A stretch of DNA of 62,591 nt. Source: a virus (taxonomy: Duplodnaviria > Caudoviricetes). Where the stretch lies: positions 1-62,591 of the IMG/VR virus record IMGVR_UViG_3300017700_000663; one strand, written 5' to 3'. Below, piece after piece: positions 53,167 to 62,591 of the stretch (position 1 is its first letter; every line of letters begins with the position of its first letter). Under the pieces are notes generated by a model, which did not search any database, was not told the origin of the DNA, and saw nothing but the letters and a program-made list of their open reading frames with translations. The position numbers and the translations under genes were made by a program.

Positions 53167-53895
53167 TTGAAAACCGAAAACGACGACGCACCGGCGGCAC
53201 CGCCGGAAATCCCCAACGATGAAGGCCTGCGCGAGCTGACCGCTGCCCAGCTGATGGATCTGGCCGACGCCCATGGCCTTCCGCAGTCGCCCAACCCGGC
53301 CCATAATCTGGCCCGGCTGACGGCGGTGCGCGACGGCACCGACATGCCAAACTTCGCCGAGCCTGAGCCCGCGCCTGCCCCGCCGGCTTCGATCCCCGGC
53401 GACGCGGATCTGGACGGCATGACCGACGACGAGGTCTTCCACCTCGCCCGGTCCCATCAGGTGCCGTATGGCGAAGATCCGTCCCGCGAGAGCGACATCG
53501 CCGGCTTGAAGATCAAGCGTGACGGCGGCATCGCGGTGACCGAAGAAGGCGTGGTCGTCACCGACGTGTCCGGCATCCCGATGGATCTGCCGCCGATCCA
53601 AGACGACGAAACCCTCAACGCCATGGACGATCAGGCGCTGAACGATCTCGCCACCGCCCACGGCATCGAGGTCATCACCCGGGCCCAGAGCATCGACGCC
53701 CTGATCGCCAAGCGTGACAGCCTCGTGGTCATCACCCCGGTCCCGTCCGATCAGGAGATCGCCGGCCTCGACGAAGTCCAGCTGCGCGATCTGGCCTCCC
53801 GCCACGGCATCGAAACCACCAACCGCGTCTATGCCGACGTGCTGGCCGACCTTCGCGCCAAGCGTGATCTGGACGCCGAGGCGGCCCAGCAGTAA
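53167..53895 (+). CDS. Acidic protein with four helix-extension-helix (Rho-N/HeH-like) repeats
   Basis: Four copies of L..(L/M)....L..LA..H(G/Q); AGGAG RBS, TTG start. Confidence 0.65.
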   Translation: MKTENDDAPAAPPEIPNDEGLRELTAAQLMDLADAHGLPQSPNPAHNLARLTAVRDGTDMPNFAEPEPAPAPPASIPGDADLDGMTDDEVFHLARSHQVPYGEDPSRESDIAGLKIKRDGGIAVTEEGVVVTDVSGIPMDLPPIQDDETLNAMDDQALNDLATAHGIEVITRAQSIDALIAKRDSLVVITPVPSDQEIAGLDEVQLRDLASRHGIETTNRVYADVLADLRAKRDLDAEAAQQ

Positions 53896-53954
53896 CCATC
53901 GACAGGAGCGCCGCCGGCCCAACAGCTGGCGGCGGCTTCACCAAGGGGGTCAAA

Positions 53955-54155
53955 ATGAGCGTGTGGCGCGTCAGGGCTTGGTGGATCCGCACCAAGGAAA
54001 AGATCACCATGAAATTCGTCTGGGCGCTGCCGCGCTCGGTCGCATACTGGGCGGCCATCCGCGTGATGGCGCACGCCACGCAGGGCAAGTGGGGCAATGA
54101 ATCGCCCACCAGCCTGAAGGCGATGGACGCGCTGAAGCGCTGGGAGACGGCCTGA
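53955..54155 (+). CDS. Hypothetical protein
   Basis: AAGGGGG RBS. Confidence 0.55.
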   Translation: MSVWRVRAWWIRTKEKITMKFVWALPRSVAYWAAIRVMAHATQGKWGNESPTSLKAMDALKRWETA

Positions 54156-54333
54156 TGCAGAACCCGCACTGCCTTCGCTGCCGCGACGACGGGATCTACA
54201 TGAAGGACGGCGAAGAGCGTGCGCGTATCTGTTCGTGCCCAAAGGGCGCGGAGTATCATGACGAAATTGTGAGGGGCGGTGGCAGCATCGATCCCGCCCG
54301 AATCGACAAAGAAACATTACACTGAGGCACCTG

Positions 54334-54684
54334 ATGGCCATCCCATTCATCCGCCAGTTCCCGCCCAATGCCATGTACCCCAAGGGCAAGCGCGTACTGA
54401 CTGAGATCTCGCTGGCTAAGTCGGTCGAGAACATCGCCCGGCATTTCATCACCATGGGCGGCCGTTACGTCATCGAGATCCTGCCAGACGGTCAGGTCCG
54501 CGCCGCTGCCTGCCTGCAGATCCAAGGCGAGCAGAAGGACGTCGAGGTCGAGATCGGCCCCAACGGCCCGCCACTGCGCGAGATGGTCGAAAAGCTGGTG
54601 CGCGCGTCCGAAAAGCATGTGCCGTCGGCCCCGGGCGCGATGGTGCCGGCCAATGACGGCGACATCGGCACGGTGAAGACATGA
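54334..54684 (+). CDS. Hypothetical protein
   Basis: GAGG RBS; 116 aa. Confidence 0.6.
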   Translation: MAIPFIRQFPPNAMYPKGKRVLTEISLAKSVENIARHFITMGGRYVIEILPDGQVRAAACLQIQGEQKDVEVEIGPNGPPLREMVEKLVRASEKHVPSAPGAMVPANDGDIGTVKT

Positions 54685-55023
54685 ACGACAATCGCCCGCT
54701 GATCGATCGGTACGAGGAAGCCCTTAACGAAGAGCTGCGCCTGAAGAACGTCAGGGCCGAGCGCTTTCGCGTCCGCCTGCTGGTCTTGGCACTGCTGGCG
54801 ATCGCGATCGCCATCGGCACAAAGTGGGGGTCGACATGAGGCAATTCTGCGACGGCTGCATGAAGTGGACGGACAACATCGAGCGCCACAGGTTTTGCCA
54901 GATGCGGACCCGTAGTGAGCAGGGCATGCCAGACGACCGACCCTTCTGGCACACGCTAGCCGGTATCATCGCCCTGATCCTGATCGTGGCCGGGATCTCG
55001 TACAGCATGGGGTTCTGGTCGCT

Positions 55024-55251
55024 GTGAGCTTTTTCCACACCGCCGACGTCATCATCATCACCCGCGCCAAAGGCGCGCTGGTCTCGAAGGAGCCCGTGAC
55101 CTTCGCGGTCATGGTGGGGCACTTTGAGACGGAGTACGAAGGCATCGTCGAAAAGGTTGTCGAGGCCGGCAAGGTCAATGGCCAGACGATGCACCGCGTC
55201 GAGATGGGCCCGGTGCCGTGGCACAAGCGCAGACCGAAGAGGCCGCAATGA
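55024..55251 (+). CDS. Hypothetical protein
   Basis: GTGA-coupled. Confidence 0.5.
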   Translation: MSFFHTADVIIITRAKGALVSKEPVTFAVMVGHFETEYEGIVEKVVEAGKVNGQTMHRVEMGPVPWHKRRPKRPQ

Positions 55252-55567
55252 AGATCTCGCCCGGCACCGCCAACGCTCTGATGGCCATTTTTGTCGGCCT
55301 CACCATCCTCACCATGATTTTCGGACCATCACAGTGACCACCGTAAGCCTGACCGACAAGATGCTGGCCGCCCTGCGCAAGCTGGTGGAGCAGGGGCCCA
55401 GCGAAGAGCATGAATTTCACGCCAAGACGATGCGCGCGCTGCAGGGGCTTGAGCTGGTCGAGATCCGTGCAAATTGCTGGCGCGCCACCATCGCGGGGCA
55501 TGCGGCCATCCGCGATTTCGACAATGCGATGAAGTCGGACTTTGCCGACGCCATGAAGGGGAGATAG

Positions 55568-55948
55568 ATGAACGTCACAGAAGCCGAAGCCATGAAGCGC
55601 TGGTGCCCGTTCGCGCGGGTGCTGGTCGAGATCCGCGCCGGGCATAAGCCGGGCCCGGATTCACCGCTGCTCGATGCGCCGGCGGCATTCAACCGCAAGC
55701 CTCGGCTTGTCGGTGAGGGGCCGGAGCAGCAGGCGTGGCCCATGGGCGCGATCTGCATGGGGTCGAATTGCATGTCGTGGCGCTGGACCGAGCCGTATTA
55801 CGAGCAGGCCGGCGGCGACCAGAAGCCAGAGGGTGACGGGTGGGAGAAGATCCCCGACAGCGGCCCAGCGTTCTTGAAGTGGCGCAGGATCCGCACAGAC
55901 CGCAAGGGGCGCTGCGGCCTCGCCGGCCCTGCTGAGTACATGGCCTGA
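55568..55948 (+). CDS. Conserved Cys-containing phage protein
   Basis: EA.KRWCPFARV...C.GS.CM.WRW...G.CGLAG. Confidence 0.65.
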   Translation: MNVTEAEAMKRWCPFARVLVEIRAGHKPGPDSPLLDAPAAFNRKPRLVGEGPEQQAWPMGAICMGSNCMSWRWTEPYYEQAGGDQKPEGDGWEKIPDSGPAFLKWRRIRTDRKGRCGLAGPAEYMA

Positions 55949-56145
55949 TGCCCGGGGATGATGGCAGCAATGTCGTCCACCTCGCGTTCAGCAATCCAAA
56001 TCTGGTGGAGGACACCTTCACGCTGCTGGGGTGCGGTAACTGCCGCAACAAGACATTCACGATCGCCTTCGACAAGGCGGGCGAATTTCCAATGATCAAA
56101 TGTGCCGCATGCACGCAGAGCATCGGCCGAATGGGGTGGATATGA
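55948..56145 (+). CDS. Small zinc-ribbon protein
   Basis: CGNC...CAAC. Confidence 0.55.
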   Translation: MPGDDGSNVVHLAFSNPNLVEDTFTLLGCGNCRNKTFTIAFDKAGEFPMIKCAACTQSIGRMGWI

Positions 56146-57092
56146 TGCACATCGCGAACGACATAGAGAGGCTGGCCTTCGCGGCCTTCTGCGCAGGGTT
56201 TCACCCTGACGACGTGGCCAACGGCAACGCGGCCAAGAAGTGGCTGGAGTGGGATGAAGATCGCCGCAGCGCGTATCGAAAGGCCCGCGCCGTGCTGAAA
56301 GAGATCCAGAGCCTTGACCAGACAAGCTATGAGGCCGACTTGGTGCTCGACACCATCCTTGCCCAGCCAGACTGGCACCCGCCGGCGCGATCTCCGAAGG
56401 GGGAGGGTCGGATGGACCTACGCTACGACGAGGTCGAGGTCCACACCACCTCACCATTCGATCTGCACGCCGGCGCGCCGTCCGCGATGAACCCGATGGG
56501 CAAGGACAGACCGCTGCAGCCCGACGAGATCTGGACCGAATGGCACGGCGGCCTGTGCCCGGTGCCGCTGGCGACACTGGTCGATGTCGAGGTGGATGGT
56601 GCCGGCGCTGACGGCGGCAGCGTGAAGCACGCCCACTTCTGCATCCCGGCGGCGCACATCGTCTGGAAGAAGCGGTCACCGGACCAGAAGTTTCAGGTCA
56701 TCCGTTGGCGCAGGCATAGCCCTGACCGCGTCGAGGCGCTGGAGCCGGAGCCGGTCATCAACGACCTGATGCGCGGGATGGTAGCGACCGTGGTTCATGA
56801 CATCCGCGCCGGCGTCGACGGATGGGAGATCTGGCGCGGCGGGAACATGCCGATCGCCATCAGGTCGCCAAACCAGCACGTCGACGTCCTTTTCCGGTCT
56901 GGCTGCCTGCTGCTCGACAGGCCTGCGGGGCGTGTCCAGTGGTTGCACGACGACCATATGATGGGACCACTTCGCATCGACGACGTGGTCATGTGGCGCA
57001 TCACCGACGATGGGCAGCGCCGGGCCTGCAGGCGCGCGCTGGGCCCGGTGTCGCACAACCGGGGCTGGCCGATCCCCATCTACCCGGTGTAG
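56142..57092 (+). CDS. Hypothetical protein with two W.GG..P(V/I)...V.V...W modules
   Basis: WHGGLCPV / WRGGNMPI repeats. Confidence 0.55.
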   Translation: MMHIANDIERLAFAAFCAGFHPDDVANGNAAKKWLEWDEDRRSAYRKARAVLKEIQSLDQTSYEADLVLDTILAQPDWHPPARSPKGEGRMDLRYDEVEVHTTSPFDLHAGAPSAMNPMGKDRPLQPDEIWTEWHGGLCPVPLATLVDVEVDGAGADGGSVKHAHFCIPAAHIVWKKRSPDQKFQVIRWRRHSPDRVEALEPEPVINDLMRGMVATVVHDIRAGVDGWEIWRGGNMPIAIRSPNQHVDVLFRSGCLLLDRPAGRVQWLHDDHMMGPLRIDDVVMWRITDDGQRRACRRALGPVSHNRGWPIPIYPV

Positions 57093-57102
57093 CGTCCCCC
57101 GC

Positions 57103-58449
57103 ATGAGCGCTGTCGGGCTGGCAGAAGAACCTGCAATCATCAATCTGAGGTGCGAGCTCCCAGAAAAGCTCGGCTTCCTGATGGAGATGCACCCGTACAA
57201 GGTTGCCTATGGCGGCCGTAACGGGGCGAAGTCGACCAGCTTCGCGATCGCGCTGCTGTCGCTGGGCGCGGCGCAACCGCTGCGCATCCTGTGCGCCCGC
57301 GAGGTCCAGAAATCGATCAAGGACTCGGTCCACGCCCAGCTCAAAGACCTGATCGAGCAGATGGGCCTCGGCGATTTCTACGAGGTGCTGGACAACGAGA
57401 TCCGGGGCGCAAACGGCACCACCTTCATTTTCGCCGGCCTGCTGGCCCACAACGTCAACACGATCAAGTCCTTCGCCAACATCGACGTCTGCTGGGTCGA
57501 AGAAGGTCAGGCGGTCAGCAAGCGCAGCTGGGACATCCTGATCCCCACCATTCGCGCCGAAAACAGCGAGATCTGGGTCAGCTTCAACCCCGACATGGAC
57601 AGTGACGACACATGGAAGCGCTGGGTCGAGCACCCGCTGCCGGGCACCGTGTGCGTCAAGATCAACTGGTCGGACAATCCGTGGCACTCGGCCGGGCAGG
57701 AGGCGAAGCGCCTGCACTGCAAGATGTTCCAGCCAAAGGATTACGACAACATCTGGGAGGGCGTGCCGAAGTCGGTGGTCGAGGGCGCGATTTATGCCAC
57801 CGAGATCGTCGCTATGATCGAAGAAAAGCGTATCCGGCCAATGCCTTACGACCCGCGCTTCCCGGTCCACCGGATCTGGGACTTGGGCTGGAACGACGCC
57901 ATGGCGATCATCATGTTCCAGAAGACCAGCCCGACTTCTCTCAATCTTATCAATTACTTAGAGGACAGCTTCAAGCGCTACGACGAGCTGATCGCCGACA
58001 TGAAGGCGCTGCGGTACAATTTCGGCGAGGACTGGCTGCCGTTCGACGGTGACCAGCACAATCCCCAGACCGGCAGCAGCGCCAAAAAGCTGCTGAAGGG
58101 GCTGGGGTGCAAGGTCAGGGACATCCCGAAAACTGGCGACGAGCCGCGCATCAAGGCGGCGCGCATGCTGTTCCCCCGGATATACATCGACGACACCGAG
58201 CGCGAGCGCGACACCGGCTATCTGGGCGGAAAGCGGCTGATCGAGGTGCTGAAGCGCTACCGCCGCACCGTGCCCAAGACCACCGACGAGCCGGCAACGC
58301 CGCGCCATGACCAGTATTCCCACGGCGCGAGCGCTTTCGGCGCGCTGGCGGAGATCGCGCACCTCGTGAAGAACGATTTCGAGCAGCCGCCGCTCGAGCT
58401 GCTGCCGCCGCCGGTCAATTTCGATCCCGGGATGGGCGCACTGGGCTGA
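57103..58449 (+). CDS. terL: Terminase large subunit (PBSX-type)
   Basis: YGGRNGAKS Walker A, CAREVQKSIKDS, WVEEGQ Walker B, SFNP, WDLG, SHGASAF. Confidence 0.95.
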   Translation: MSAVGLAEEPAIINLRCELPEKLGFLMEMHPYKVAYGGRNGAKSTSFAIALLSLGAAQPLRILCAREVQKSIKDSVHAQLKDLIEQMGLGDFYEVLDNEIRGANGTTFIFAGLLAHNVNTIKSFANIDVCWVEEGQAVSKRSWDILIPTIRAENSEIWVSFNPDMDSDDTWKRWVEHPLPGTVCVKINWSDNPWHSAGQEAKRLHCKMFQPKDYDNIWEGVPKSVVEGAIYATEIVAMIEEKRIRPMPYDPRFPVHRIWDLGWNDAMAIIMFQKTSPTSLNLINYLEDSFKRYDELIADMKALRYNFGEDWLPFDGDQHNPQTGSSAKKLLKGLGCKVRDIPKTGDEPRIKAARMLFPRIYIDDTERERDTGYLGGKRLIEVLKRYRRTVPKTTDEPATPRHDQYSHGASAFGALAEIAHLVKNDFEQPPLELLPPPVNFDPGMGALG

Positions 58450-58688
58450 CGAATTATTGCGGTCGCCTGAAATCTGTGCGACATCGAGTCAGCTGAAACG
58501 CACTTGGGCAATGCGGGCACGAACGTCGTGAGACGTCCAGACCCACCGAAGGGGCCCCCTATTTTGTACGCTTGGCGCGCCATCTTGGCCTGCACAAGGC
58601 GATCGCCTTCGCCTCCGGGCGGAGCTACCACCGAAAAATCCACACCCACCCACGAAAAGCGCGCCACCAGCGCGCGAAGGAGCATGCC

Positions 58689-58934
58689 GTGAGCGACGCC
58701 GTCTCGATGCCCACCACGCTGGCCTATGACGCGATTCCGATTACCCCCAACGATGACACGGTGCTGAATTGCGCCGGCCTCTACATCGGCGGCACGGGTA
58801 GCGTGATTGTTAGGGGGCGCAGTGGTACCTCCGTCACCTTCGCCGGCGTACCGGCCGGCACGATCCTCCCCATCAACGTCAACCGCGTGATGGCCGCTTC
58901 AACGGCCACCAGCATCGTCGGGTTCGTCGCGTAA
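58689..58934 (+). CDS. Head-spike base protein (RcGTA Rcc01079-like)
   Basis: ITPND...GLYIGGTG.V.V...VTF.GVPAG.ILP..V.RV.A..TAT.IV; AAGGAG RBS, GTG start. Confidence 0.75.
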   Translation: MSDAVSMPTTLAYDAIPITPNDDTVLNCAGLYIGGTGSVIVRGRSGTSVTFAGVPAGTILPINVNRVMAASTATSIVGFVA

Positions 58935-58935
58935 A

Positions 58936-60147
58936 ATGCTCGGTCTGTCGCTCGCCCTGTCGCTTGCCGCCATGCAGAACAATCCTGCGTGGTGGATCAT
59001 GCCTGCGGCCACGACAGATCTCGATTTCGTAAATGGCCGCTACTACAACGGCGCGGTCACTTCGTCCGCGTCTGGCGTGATCACCACGGTGCGCGCGTCG
59101 GCCGCCATCTCAGCGACGGTGGCCGGAGCGCTGGTGTCCTTCGCCGCCAACGTCCCGCGCATCACCGATCAGGGCCTGCGCGTCGAGGAGGCTCGGACCA
59201 ACAAGAGCACGAATTTCAACGCCGCCCCCGTGGCGCTGACCAACGCGACCATCGCGCTGCAGGCCACCAACGGCCTCACGACGCTGAATCTGGTCAGCGA
59301 TGTCGCCGCCATCCAAGCCACAACCGCGCTGGCGGGTCTCTACGCTCAGGGCATCCTGAATGGCAACGTGTTCCAGCTCGACAATTCGCTGGGCGACAGC
59401 GTTGCGGTCGTCCGCTTTACCGGGAATACCGGGGTCTCCGATCCGCACGCGGCGTCGGCGTATGTTCGCGGCGGTGCCGGATCCATCTCGGTCTACAAGG
59501 CCGCCGGATCAACATCATCCGCTGGCGGCGAAACTGCCTTCACCGCGTCCGCCACTTATGTTCGCCGTACGCATCTGAGCACGCTGCCCGACACCAACAT
59601 GGCTGGTGGCGTCAAGGCCAACGCTGGCGAGGTGATCTATATCATCCTGAACCAGCTGGAGGCCGGTGCCTTCGCGTCATCGTCCATCGTCATTGCTGGT
59701 GCAGCCGCCACTCGCGCGGCCGACGTGATTTCTCTGACGGGCGCTGCTGCTACTGCAGCGCTGGCGTCAAAAGCCGCCTATCACGAAATCGGCGGTGTGG
59801 CAGCAGCTGGCGGCAACATTTTCTACTACGCAAATTCCCAGAACAACCACATCGTGAACGGCACCAGCACCCTGCGCATTCGCGCGAGCAACGGCACGAC
59901 GCCGAGCGCCACCATTGGTTCAGGTCTCACGACAGGCCCAACGAAGGCCGCTTACGCCTATGACGCGACCAACTGCACCGTTCGCGGAAATGGTGGGGCT
60001 ATCGGGACGAACGTCAATGCGTGGGCAGGGACGACGGGTACACCGATCATTGGCTCGGACAACTCTGGCACGTTCTCGATCAACGGCTACATCAAGCGCA
60101 TGGCGTTTGGAGCGACAAAGGGTCAGTTCGACGGGCTGACAGCATGA
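58936..60147 (+). CDS. Head-spike fibre protein (RcGTA Rcc01080-like N-terminus)
   Basis: LDF.NG.Y, RAS.A, AANVPRI..QGL.VEEARTN, QLEAG.FASS.I...ATRAAD. Confidence 0.75.
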   Translation: MLGLSLALSLAAMQNNPAWWIMPAATTDLDFVNGRYYNGAVTSSASGVITTVRASAAISATVAGALVSFAANVPRITDQGLRVEEARTNKSTNFNAAPVALTNATIALQATNGLTTLNLVSDVAAIQATTALAGLYAQGILNGNVFQLDNSLGDSVAVVRFTGNTGVSDPHAASAYVRGGAGSISVYKAAGSTSSAGGETAFTASATYVRRTHLSTLPDTNMAGGVKANAGEVIYIILNQLEAGAFASSSIVIAGAAATRAADVISLTGAAATAALASKAAYHEIGGVAAAGGNIFYYANSQNNHIVNGTSTLRIRASNGTTPSATIGSGLTTGPTKAAYAYDATNCTVRGNGGAIGTNVNAWAGTTGTPIIGSDNSGTFSINGYIKRMAFGATKGQFDGLTA

Positions 60148-60205
60148 CACACGACAGCATTCCCGCCTGCAATCACGCCGTCGGGATTTTTTGAGGACCA
60201 AGAAA

Positions 60206-60718
60206 ATGCAGATCAAAGCAAAAACCATCTTCGAGGCACTGCCGGTGATCACCGCGATCATCGAACAGGCGCGTCCGATGCCGCAGGGCGGGAAATTCCG
60301 TCTAGCGCGCATGCACCGCGTGCTGCTGCCCGAATACACGACCATCAACGAGACCCGGAACACCCTGATCAAGGCCTACAACCATCATCCGATGGTCCCT
60401 CGCGGCAGCGAGATGACGCCGGCCGACATGCAGGCGCTTAAGGCGTCGCTGCAGCCTGTCGAGGGCAAGACCGATGGCGAGCAGCTGTCCGAATTGCTCA
60501 ACGAGATGGTGCCGAGCAAGGAATTTTCGGTGCCGGACGACAAAATGCCGGAATGGCAGGCCGAAATGGACAAGATCTTCGCCGAGGAGATCACCATCCA
60601 AATCCAGCCGATCCCGATCAGCATGCTGTCGCCGTCGAACGCGCCCAACGGCTCGATCGAGGCGTCGGAAATTGCCGTCATGGACGGCTTGGTCACTGAG
60701 CTGGAGGCCGTGCAGTAA
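60206..60718 (+). CDS. Hypothetical protein (DUF1617-like)
   Basis: GAGGA RBS; FRLAR...L..EY....E.R..LIK.Y. Confidence 0.55.
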   Translation: MQIKAKTIFEALPVITAIIEQARPMPQGGKFRLARMHRVLLPEYTTINETRNTLIKAYNHHPMVPRGSEMTPADMQALKASLQPVEGKTDGEQLSELLNEMVPSKEFSVPDDKMPEWQAEMDKIFAEEITIQIQPIPISMLSPSNAPNGSIEASEIAVMDGLVTELEAVQ

Positions 60719-60720
60719 AA

Positions 60721-62591
60721 ATGCGCGAAGGAGCAACCCTCGCTGACTTGGAGACCTTCGACGACGAGGTCGCCGCCCTGATTCGCCCGCACCTTGCGCC
60801 GCCGCGCGAGATGCTGGACTCGATCAGTGCTGCGATCGCCGAGCGTCGGAACGAAGCCAAGACAGCGAGGGCCTCTTCCGGCATCGAGACCATCTGGAGG
60901 GAGTGCGAGGAGGCGTATGTCGGCATCGACGACGCAAATCGCGGCGAATTTGGCACCGGCGTCTCGAAATGGACGAAACCGCAGTCGCCAGAGGGCCCAG
61001 TCACCACCACCAAGACCGTAAAGACCAACACGAAATCCACCGTCTTCGTGCGCCTCACCGCACGCTATGTCGACGCCGGCGCGGCCAAGCTCGCCGAGAT
61101 CCTGCTCCCGGCAGACGACAAGGCCTTCAGCTTTTCCGAAACGCCTGTCCCCGAGCTGGTGAAGGCGAAGGACGACAATTCACAGGTGGTCAGCGAGACG
61201 CTGGGCCCCCTGACGCGCCCGGCTATGCCCGGCGAAGTCCCAGCCATGACGGCGTCGCCGTCTCAACCCGCGCCAGCGACCACGATGTCTCCCACGTCGG
61301 TCGCCTTGTCGCCTGCGGCCGCCCCACCGAGCGGGCTGGTCCTCGCTGCCGGTGGGGCGGCACCTGCGCCGGCCCAGACACAGCCGCCGCAGGTGCCGCT
61401 CACCGTCGGTGATCTGGCCAAGGAGAACATCGAGATCGCCCGCAAGGCCGCCAAGGGGGCGGAGACGCGGATCTACGACTGGATGGTCGAATGCCAGTAC
61501 ACGTCCGAGATGCGCAAGGTGATCTTCGATGCCGCGCGTCTCGGCGTCGGCGTGGTGAAGGGGCCGTTCCCCAAGGCGAAGCGCGCGGTCGCGACCAGCA
61601 AGGGCAAGGATGGCGATAGCGTCAAGGTCACCATCGTCGACAAGGTCATCCCGGCCTCGAAGTGGTGCGACCCGTGGCGGATCTACCCGGATCCGGCCTG
61701 CGGTGAGAACATTCACGACGGCGACTTCATGCTCGAGGAGGACTTCCTCTCCGAGCGCATGGTCCGCGACCTGAAGAAGCTGCCGGGCTATATCGGCAGC
61801 CAGATCGATCTCGTGCTCGAGCAGGGCCCCGACAAGTCGTTCCTGAACACCGACGGATCGCGCAAGCCGGAAGCCGAGTGCAAGAAGGGCCGGTATTCGA
61901 TCTGGTACTACTACGGCGCGCTGAAGCGTGACGAGCTGGCCTGCATCTGGGAGCGGGCGGGCAAGAAGGTCACGCAAAAGGAGCTGCCGGCGTCCCAAAA
62001 TCAGGTCTACGCGATCGTGACCCTGATCAACGACACCGTGGTGCGCGCCACGCTGAACCCGCTCGACAGCGGCGCTTTCCCCTATCACTCCATGCCGTGG
62101 CAGCGCCGCGCCGGCAGCTGGGCGGGTATCGGCGTCGGCGAGCAGTGCCGCGTGCCGCAGCGCATGCTGAACGCCTCGACCCGCGCCATGCTGAACAATG
62201 CCGGCAAGAGCGCCGGCAGCCAGATCGTGGTCGACCACGCCTCCATCAAGCCGGCCAACGGCAGCTGGGACTTCGATCCCGACAAGATCTGGTACAAGAC
62301 CGGCGACAGCCCGGGCGACGACGTGCGCAAGTCGTTCTTCGCCGTCGAAATCCCCAACATGACCCCGGAGATGATGACGATCGTCGAGTATTCGATGCGT
62401 CTCGCCGAGGAGTCGACGTCGATCCCGCTGATCACGCAGGGGCAGTCGGGCCCGACCACGCCAGACACCTTCGGCGCGGCCCAGCTGCAGAACAACAACG
62501 CCAACCAGCTGCTGCGCAGCGTGGGCTACAGCTTCGACGACAACATCACCGAGCCGCTGGTGCGCCAGTATTACGAATGGCTGCTGCTGGA
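60721..62591 (+). CDS. Portal protein, N-terminal part (absent from ORF track because it runs off the window end)
   Basis: GGAGG RBS, ATG 60721 (MREGATLAD..IETIWRECEEAY); G.GVVKGP, DPW.IYPDP, GIGV, R.LNA..R..LNN portal motifs; continues at base 1. Confidence 0.88.
   Translation, partial: MREGATLADLETFDDEVAALIRPHLAPPREMLDSISAAIAERRNEAKTARASSGIETIWRECEEAYVGIDDANRGEFGTGVSKWTKPQSPEGPVTTTKTVKTNTKSTVFVRLTARYVDAGAAKLAEILLPADDKAFSFSETPVPELVKAKDDNSQVVSETLGPLTRPAMPGEVPAMTASPSQPAPATTMSPTSVALSPAAAPPSGLVLAAGGAAPAPAQTQPPQVPLTVGDLAKENIEIARKAAKGAETRIYDWMVECQYTSEMRKVIFDAARLGVGVVKGPFPKAKRAVATSKGKDGDSVKVTIVDKVIPASKWCDPWRIYPDPACGENIHDGDFMLEEDFLSERMVRDLKKLPGYIGSQIDLVLEQGPDKSFLNTDGSRKPEAECKKGRYSIWYYYGALKRDELACIWERAGKKVTQKELPASQNQVYAIVTLINDTVVRATLNPLDSGAFPYHSMPWQRRAGSWAGIGVGEQCRVPQRMLNASTRAMLNNAGKSAGSQIVVDHASIKPANGSWDFDPDKIWYKTGDSPGDDVRKSFFAVEIPNMTPEMMTIVEYSMRLAEESTSIPLITQGQSGPTTPDTFGAAQLQNNNANQLLRSVGYSFDDNITEPLVRQYYEWLLL
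62473..62591. repeat. 119-bp terminal direct repeat (copy 2)
   Basis: Identical to 1-119. Confidence 0.97.

Noticed and set aside
62473-62591. Biological terminal repeat of the virion DNA
   Set aside because: It falls mid-portal and its 119-nt length matches a common assembler k-mer; best read as a circular-assembly overlap
1-62591. Integrase, CI repressor, CRISPR array, tRNA, alternative genetic code
   Set aside because: No such motifs recognised by eye; genes are intact under the standard code. Absence should be confirmed with HMM, tRNAscan and CRISPR searches

Overview
Apparently complete, circularly permuted genome of a podovirus-like tailed phage, about 62,472 bp unique and GC-rich. 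Bases 1-119 are repeated exactly at 62473-62591, and the break falls inside the portal gene. The host is most likely an alphaproteobacterium, based on two GcrA-like genes, an MmcB-like nuclease, RcGTA-type head-spike genes and TTGAC-type promoters. Layout: (+) terL, head-spike base and fibre, portal, scaffold, N4-gp56-type capsid, adaptor/nozzle, tail fibre, ejection proteins, a 2909-aa polyvalent protein and a lysis cassette; (-) a sialidase-fold gene, many small accessory genes and a RecT module; (+) GcrA and replication initiator; (-) early genes; (+) terS followed by about 20 small genes. I recognised no integrase, CI repressor, DNA polymerase, tRNA or CRISPR. The best candidate for an undescribed system is an injected effector polyprotein: an HExxH zincin, a GNAT, four divergent ADP-ribosyltransferase-like modules and an unknown domain, delimited by six copies of an FSPK motif. 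Short peptide tags (GLIN, FDPSxPxEVV) are shared among putative packaged proteins. The genome also carries a perfect chromosomal parS core without any parAB. All family assignments come from motif recognition by eye, not from database searches.
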